From the IMG/VR virus record IMGVR_UViG_3300020048_000013: 64,000 nt of DNA, one strand, 5' to 3'. A model generated the notes under the pieces. It was given only the letters and a program-made list of their open reading frames with translations. It searched no databases and was not told the origin of the DNA. This document shows, in pieces, positions 59,070-64,000 of the stretch (position 1 is the first letter of the stretch; the number at the start of each line of letters is the position of its first letter). Position numbers and translations under genes: made by a program. The stretch is from an uncultured virus (IMG/VR IMGVR_UViG_3300020048_000013). Its lineage: Duplodnaviria > Heunggongvirae > Uroviricota > Caudoviricetes.

Positions 59070-60572
59070 TTATATAATTAATTGAGCATTAATATCTTGC
59101 GTTATACTAATCTTATTTATATTTGTCAAATAAATTAAATCTATAAAAATATCACTTGGGTCATCATCATTAATATAAAATATACCAATCTGTCTGACAG
59201 TATTATCTATATCAACCCAAGAACTACCATTAAATATTTTTAATTGTTCTTCGCTTGGATCACTATTATAGAACAAATCGTTTTCTGATGAATCTGATGG
59301 GTCTGGATCTGTAATTCCGTTAGGAATAGTTAATGTCCAATTTATCAATAATTTATTCAGATTGTATTCTTTTATTTTATTCCAATTAGCTTCGCTGTAT
59401 GCGAGAGCTACATATACACTGTCGTCAACATATTGTGCATTATTGCTATCAATCAATCTATTTTGAGAATTGGCTAAACTTGCGAAATTGATGTCTGTTA
59501 TATTGCCCAGAGTTGCGATAAATCGAATGTCATTCATTCCATTTTCTATACTATCATCTATCAAAAATAAACTTTCGTATATAAAATTATCAACAGAATA
59601 AGAAGAATCTATGCCTGGAGGATAATTTTCATTAATGACTTCTGTAAGTAAATCTACGGAATAATCAGGATATATTTGATATGTTATTTCATAAGTACTG
59701 TTTGTTAACAATACAACTTTATCGCCTTGTTGAGTTGTGTATATAAATTTTAAAAATATACCATCGTTTGTAGTTATAATAGTATCATAAGTTAAATTTT
59801 TTATTAAAATCCCATCAGAATTACTATCTACAATATCAAATTTTCTTCCAGTTAGAGTTAATTCTCCAGAACTTATTTTTGACAAAGTGCTATCTGATAC
59901 ATTAAGTACTTTTATAGTACTCGAATCTTTAGAATTTTCTAATAATACCAAATCTTCAAATCCATCAACATTAAATCCGCCACTACCACTTAAATAAACC
60001 AATTTGTTGGCATTATAAAATTCAATATCGGAATTCTTTTTTCTGATAGGAACGACTATATAAGTTCCAGCATCGTCATTTATTCTTACTGGGTCAATTG
60101 AAGTATCAGATAAATCAAAAATATCGACAATATAATTATCATCAGATATATTTCTACTATCTTTAAAAGTAAGATATTTGTCAGATTCTTCCTTAGTCCA
60201 TTCACTAGGATCTTCGGTTAAAACATAACTAGTATTTTCTACTAATATCCACTTTCTATTAATCCTCAATATTCTCCAAAAATGAGTTCCATAAAAATCG
60301 CTATCAGTATCGCTTGGATCATGACCGCCTTCATTAAATAATTTAATATAATATTCTTCTGCAGATAAATCTAAATTTTCGTTAGTCGTTATAAAACTAT
60401 CTACATCAGATGGATCGTCGGGACATTCTATTCCTATAAGAACAGCATTTCCCCAAGCAACATCATTTCTAGATAATAATCCTACATAAAGTTTATCATG
60501 TATAAGTTTTAAATAATTTATATTATTTATTGTATCTATTCTTACTCCATTTACTATATTATTTGTGCTCAT
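59070..60572 (-). CDS. Probable baseplate wedge subunit (gp8-like)
   Basis: LYVGL...W near the N-terminus, RQIGI...LIYLTN near the C-terminus; position near the gp7-like gene. Confidence 0.6.
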   Translation of the reverse strand: MSTNNIVNGVRIDTINNINYLKLIHDKLYVGLLSRNDVAWGNAVLIGIECPDDPSDVDSFITTNENLDLSAEEYYIKLFNEGGHDPSDTDSDFYGTHFWRILRINRKWILVENTSYVLTEDPSEWTKEESDKYLTFKDSRNISDDNYIVDIFDLSDTSIDPVRINDDAGTYIVVPIRKKNSDIEFYNANKLVYLSGSGGFNVDGFEDLVLLENSKDSSTIKVLNVSDSTLSKISSGELTLTGRKFDIVDSNSDGILIKNLTYDTIITTNDGIFLKFIYTTQQGDKVVLLTNSTYEITYQIYPDYSVDLLTEVINENYPPGIDSSYSVDNFIYESLFLIDDSIENGMNDIRFIATLGNITDINFASLANSQNRLIDSNNAQYVDDSVYVALAYSEANWNKIKEYNLNKLLINWTLTIPNGITDPDPSDSSENDLFYNSDPSEEQLKIFNGSSWVDIDNTVRQIGIFYINDDDPSDIFIDLIYLTNINKISITQDINAQLII

Positions 60573-61965
60573 TTGTAGAAATCTCCTTTGCTTTATTTAT
60601 ATCTTCTTCAGAAAATTCGATAGGATTATTTGATAAATTAATTTTTCCTCTAATAACTTTTCTCGGAAATCCTCTTAATGATGTTATGTTATTATAAGAT
60701 GCTAATAAATCTCCTTTTACTACTTCAGGACCATCTTCAAAAGATGTTAACATATTTTCGTGTATTTTTAAATATCCATTTATTTTTTTAGGCAAACCTT
60801 TTAACGATGTTATGTTATTATATGACACATTAATTCCATATTTAACAAATATTGGGAAATAATTCAATTCTTCTAGTTCGTTATAGGAAATTAAAAAAAT
60901 ACCATTTATTCTTCTAGGACATCCAATTAAACTTTTTATTTCATTATGATGAATTCTAAGTTCTCCACCAATTGACTGAGGACAATTTTCGAACGACGAA
61001 ATATTATTAAAAGATAAATCCAAATTTCCAGTTATTTTTACATTTTTTAAAAATTCTGGAATTTTGGTTAATGATAGGTTGCTTAATGTAACATCTCCAT
61101 CAATAATACCTTCTTCTATTCTTTTTTTAGTATCTCTCAACACTATTCTTATATGTTTTGCCATTTTATCAACAATTGGCTGAGTATCTTTTTTTTCTTC
61201 TTCTGTCAAGTGTTCAAATACGACCACAAAATCTTTTTTAAATAAATCGACCATTTTTACATTTTCATATTTTCCAATAAATTTTATAGCATCAAAAACT
61301 TCTGCTGATATTTTTTTTGGAGGAACATCTTTTGTATCTCTGAGAGTATATGTGTTTAAATGGATTACATAATCCAATTTATCATTTTTCAATATAATAT
61401 AAAACGAAGGACTATATATATTATTAAAATAATCTTCCATTTTTAAACACCATCTCGTGGATTTTATCATGTTATAAGAATCTTTCCATTCCAACAATTC
61501 TATAACTTTAATATTATTTTTTTCGTATATAATCGGATTAATACCATAATCAATCACATACTTTTTTTCAGTTGTTTCTTTATTATATTTCGATATAACA
61601 CTTGATAATTTTTTTATGGAATCGAAATGAAAAATATTTTTATAATTATCTTTAAATTTTTTCAATTTTAATAATTTATCAAAATTTAATATAAGTTCTT
61701 TCGTTTCTTCAAAGTCTTTTGGAAATGTTATATTTTCTTCAAATAATTGTTTATAAATCCATTTTATATATTCACCATTGCTTGTAATACTATTAACAAG
61801 ACCTTCGACTTCCTCATTTCTTTTTTTAACATATTCTTGAATTTCCAATTTTTCTTCCGAGCTCAAAGAATCGTAATTTTGAGTTTTTTCTTTTTGGAAA
61901 ATTCTTGATAAATAATTTTTACTTACTTCTTGTAATATATTTATGTATTGTTCGTGAAGGCTCAT
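60559..61965 (-). CDS. Leucine-rich-repeat protein with putative head-targeting N-terminus
   Basis: MSLHEQYINILQE; central TRWCL domain; repeats of N-x-I-T-S-L-x-G-x-P-x-x-I-x-G. Confidence 0.8.
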   Translation of the reverse strand: MSLHEQYINILQEVSKNYLSRIFQKEKTQNYDSLSSEEKLEIQEYVKKRNEEVEGLVNSITSNGEYIKWIYKQLFEENITFPKDFEETKELILNFDKLLKLKKFKDNYKNIFHFDSIKKLSSVISKYNKETTEKKYVIDYGINPIIYEKNNIKVIELLEWKDSYNMIKSTRWCLKMEDYFNNIYSPSFYIILKNDKLDYVIHLNTYTLRDTKDVPPKKISAEVFDAIKFIGKYENVKMVDLFKKDFVVVFEHLTEEEKKDTQPIVDKMAKHIRIVLRDTKKRIEEGIIDGDVTLSNLSLTKIPEFLKNVKITGNLDLSFNNISSFENCPQSIGGELRIHHNEIKSLIGCPRRINGIFLISYNELEELNYFPIFVKYGINVSYNNITSLKGLPKKINGYLKIHENMLTSFEDGPEVVKGDLLASYNNITSLRGFPRKVIRGKINLSNNPIEFSEEDINKAKEISTNEHK

Positions 61966-61983
61966 TTTTATACCTTATTTATT

Positions 61984-63594
61984 TTACTTTATGTGATCTG
62001 ATTGAGTTGGATTTATGACTGGATTTGGATTTATTTGATTTTTTCCTCGTTCCATGTCGAAAGAAACTATATCGGATTTTGTTATTATTGTATCATAATT
62101 ATCGTCTGCCCATATTACTGTTTGAAGATATAGTGGCGAATAATTATTCGGGTTGGCGAATGCTGTTGTGCCGGGTATTATATGAACTCCATAATAAGCC
62201 ACTTCATTACTCAAATCATCAATATCAGTTAAATCACCAGTAGTTGCTGGAATATCCTGTAATAATACATCGATATCATAACAACACAAGTTTTCTATTT
62301 TATAATTAGGATTTGGTGTTTCTGATATAGTAAATATAGTTTTTAATAAATTTGAAGATATTTCTCCATCCACATAAGCATATCCTTCAAAACTAAAAAC
62401 TGGTGGTGGAATAAAATAATTTTCAGTAGTTGTTGTTAATTTTTCATTATCATCAGAAGGATCATGATGATCGAATTCATATGAATTAAAAGACCCACCT
62501 AAATAAAAAGTTCCAGCACGCACAGTTCTGCTGACTATATCGTCGTTAGTTTCAATATTACCATACCTTTTTACATTACATAATTGCATCAAAACTTCTT
62601 TTTTCTTAGATATTAGTATATCAGAATATGTAGGAAGATTTGTGAGATTATTAAATTCTTTTTGAATAAATTTATTTATGTCAGAAAATTCATAATAACG
62701 ATCAATCCAACCATGAGGATGAACACATGGTTTTATGTAAATATCCCATTCGTGTTTAGGTATAATGCTTGATATGTCATATACAAAATTCATTTGTATT
62801 GGCGTGTTTGTTGTTATTATTGTTGCTTGTTCAGCAATATCTATATTTTCTTGTTCTGTTAAATCAGTGTTATAGTATTTTATAAGATAATAAAATATAC
62901 TCACAAAATTCATATACATCAAAGTTCCTTTGAATATTTCTGCCGTAGGAATAAATTTTAAAAATAATTTTCTATATTCTGTCGTTGCTGTTATTCTATC
63001 ATCAAGTTCTTCGTCTGTTTCTAAAATATAGATATCTGTCGTTGCTGTTAGATTGTTGTCTTTGATGGTTATTATAGAACTTGTGCCGTCAAATGATATA
63101 GAAGTTCCTACCCATTCATAATCGTCTTTTGATATTTTAAAATAGCCCGTTGCTGAAGTTAATTCTACATCAGTTATAACCGATTCAGAATCTATATTTT
63201 TTAAAATTATTTCAGAAGGATCAGTCATATCCAAATAATAATATCCATCATCTTCTTCTGTTAATAATCCAGAAATTTCTACTGTATCTCCATCAGTCAA
63301 TTCGTATTGTGACGATGTTAATATCGGTGTATTATCAAAAAACGAATAATACATATCATACATAATATTATATCTATCTTTAACAAAAGCAAGTTCGAGT
63401 TCTTTTGAAGTTTCTTTCTTTACGCTTTTTTCTAATAGATAATCTGTTTTTATAGACGGATTATACAAATATTTATCGTATTCAAAATCTAAATAATCTT
63501 GATTTTCAAGCATCGAAACAACTTCATTGATGTTTTTCAGATTTAAAATTTTTCTATATATGTCTAATTTATTATACATTATTTTAGTCCGCAA
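61984..63594 (-). CDS. Probable baseplate wedge subunit (gp7-like)
   Basis: FKGT...W...IKPCVHPHGW motif pair. Confidence 0.6.
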   Translation of the reverse strand: MRTKIMYNKLDIYRKILNLKNINEVVSMLENQDYLDFEYDKYLYNPSIKTDYLLEKSVKKETSKELELAFVKDRYNIMYDMYYSFFDNTPILTSSQYELTDGDTVEISGLLTEEDDGYYYLDMTDPSEIILKNIDSESVITDVELTSATGYFKISKDDYEWVGTSISFDGTSSIITIKDNNLTATTDIYILETDEELDDRITATTEYRKLFLKFIPTAEIFKGTLMYMNFVSIFYYLIKYYNTDLTEQENIDIAEQATIITTNTPIQMNFVYDISSIIPKHEWDIYIKPCVHPHGWIDRYYEFSDINKFIQKEFNNLTNLPTYSDILISKKKEVLMQLCNVKRYGNIETNDDIVSRTVRAGTFYLGGSFNSYEFDHHDPSDDNEKLTTTTENYFIPPPVFSFEGYAYVDGEISSNLLKTIFTISETPNPNYKIENLCCYDIDVLLQDIPATTGDLTDIDDLSNEVAYYGVHIIPGTTAFANPNNYSPLYLQTVIWADDNYDTIITKSDIVSFDMERGKNQINPNPVINPTQSDHIK

Positions 63595-64000
63595 GTTTTA
63601 GGAATTATTTTTAATGATATTGTGGAAAATTCAGATTTTCCCTGATCGAAATTGCTACCGAATTTAATGCTAATATTTTCTACTTCAATAATCCATTCAT
63701 TAACTATTTCTAATTTAGTGTCTAATATACACAAATTTATAAAATATGGATCATCTTCTTCTTTCGATTTGGAAATATTAGTAGCAGAATTCAATAAAGA
63801 TTTAATTATCTCTGGTTGATTAACTGAATATAGCATTTTGATAGTTATATCACTCCACTCTATACTATCTGTGAAGTCAAATGCTGATTTGTATTTGGTT
63901 GTATGTATCTCAGGAGTTGATATTGATTCAATCAAAAATCCCGCATCATCTATCAAATTCCAATTTTTTGAAAATGTTACTTTAAATCTGTTTTGTCTAA
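63579..64000 (-). CDS. Tail tube-fold protein (gp19/gp54-like), 5' end outside the window
   Basis: Frame is open to the window edge (RQNRFKVTF); FLIESISTP, WSDITI. Confidence 0.65.
   Translation of the reverse strand, partial: RQNRFKVTFSKNWNLIDDAGFLIESISTPEIHTTKYKSAFDFTDSIEWSDITIKMLYSVNQPEIIKSLLNSATNISKSKEEDDPYFINLCILDTKLEIVNEWIIEVENISIKFGSNFDQGKSEFSTISLKIIPKTCGLK

Noticed and set aside
1155..62243. All plus-strand ORFs in the track
   Set aside because: Short, F/L/I/S-rich antisense shadows lying within or across longer minus-strand genes, with no recognisable motifs
1..64000. Genome-wide stop-codon reassignment
   Set aside because: Genes are intact and densely packed in code 11; TGA ends several genes in ATGA overlaps; only one in-frame TGA case was found

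Overview
A very AT-rich 64-kb segment of a large T4-like (jumbo) myophage genome. All credible genes are on the minus strand and read in standard code 11; the three 10-N runs are scaffold gaps. By window coordinate: (1) an RNA cluster (1-2280) with tmRNA, tRNA-Met(CAT), two tRNA-Glu(TTC), a PD-(D/E)xK homing-type nuclease, five ACAGCAA stem-loop elements, two larger unassigned structured RNAs and boxA-like spacers; (2) an early/accessory region with sigma70 promoters, a glycosyltransferase/methyltransferase island, PseT, a C5 DNA methyltransferase, a dNTP diphosphohydrolase-like gene and a miniature gp23-like protein; (3) a late region with TATAAATA promoters, a gp5C-like gene followed by an ORF with an in-frame TGA in a CxxU context plus a SECIS-like hairpin, six genes carrying eight copies of one unknown domain with CxxC repeats, four tail-sheath paralogues, tail tube, terminase with a mini-intein, and baseplate/fibre genes. 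Two protein-level codes stand out. A D-P-S-[D/E] motif occurs 18 times, only in external tail/baseplate proteins (candidate modification sequon, possibly read by the phage glycosyltransferases). A shared N-terminal M-x-N-L-x-E-x-Y-x-x-I-[I/L]-x-E peptide starts about 18 unrelated proteins (candidate capsid-targeting signal), including a radical SAM enzyme with a Cys/Gly-rich tail. All calls are by eye; no database searches were run.
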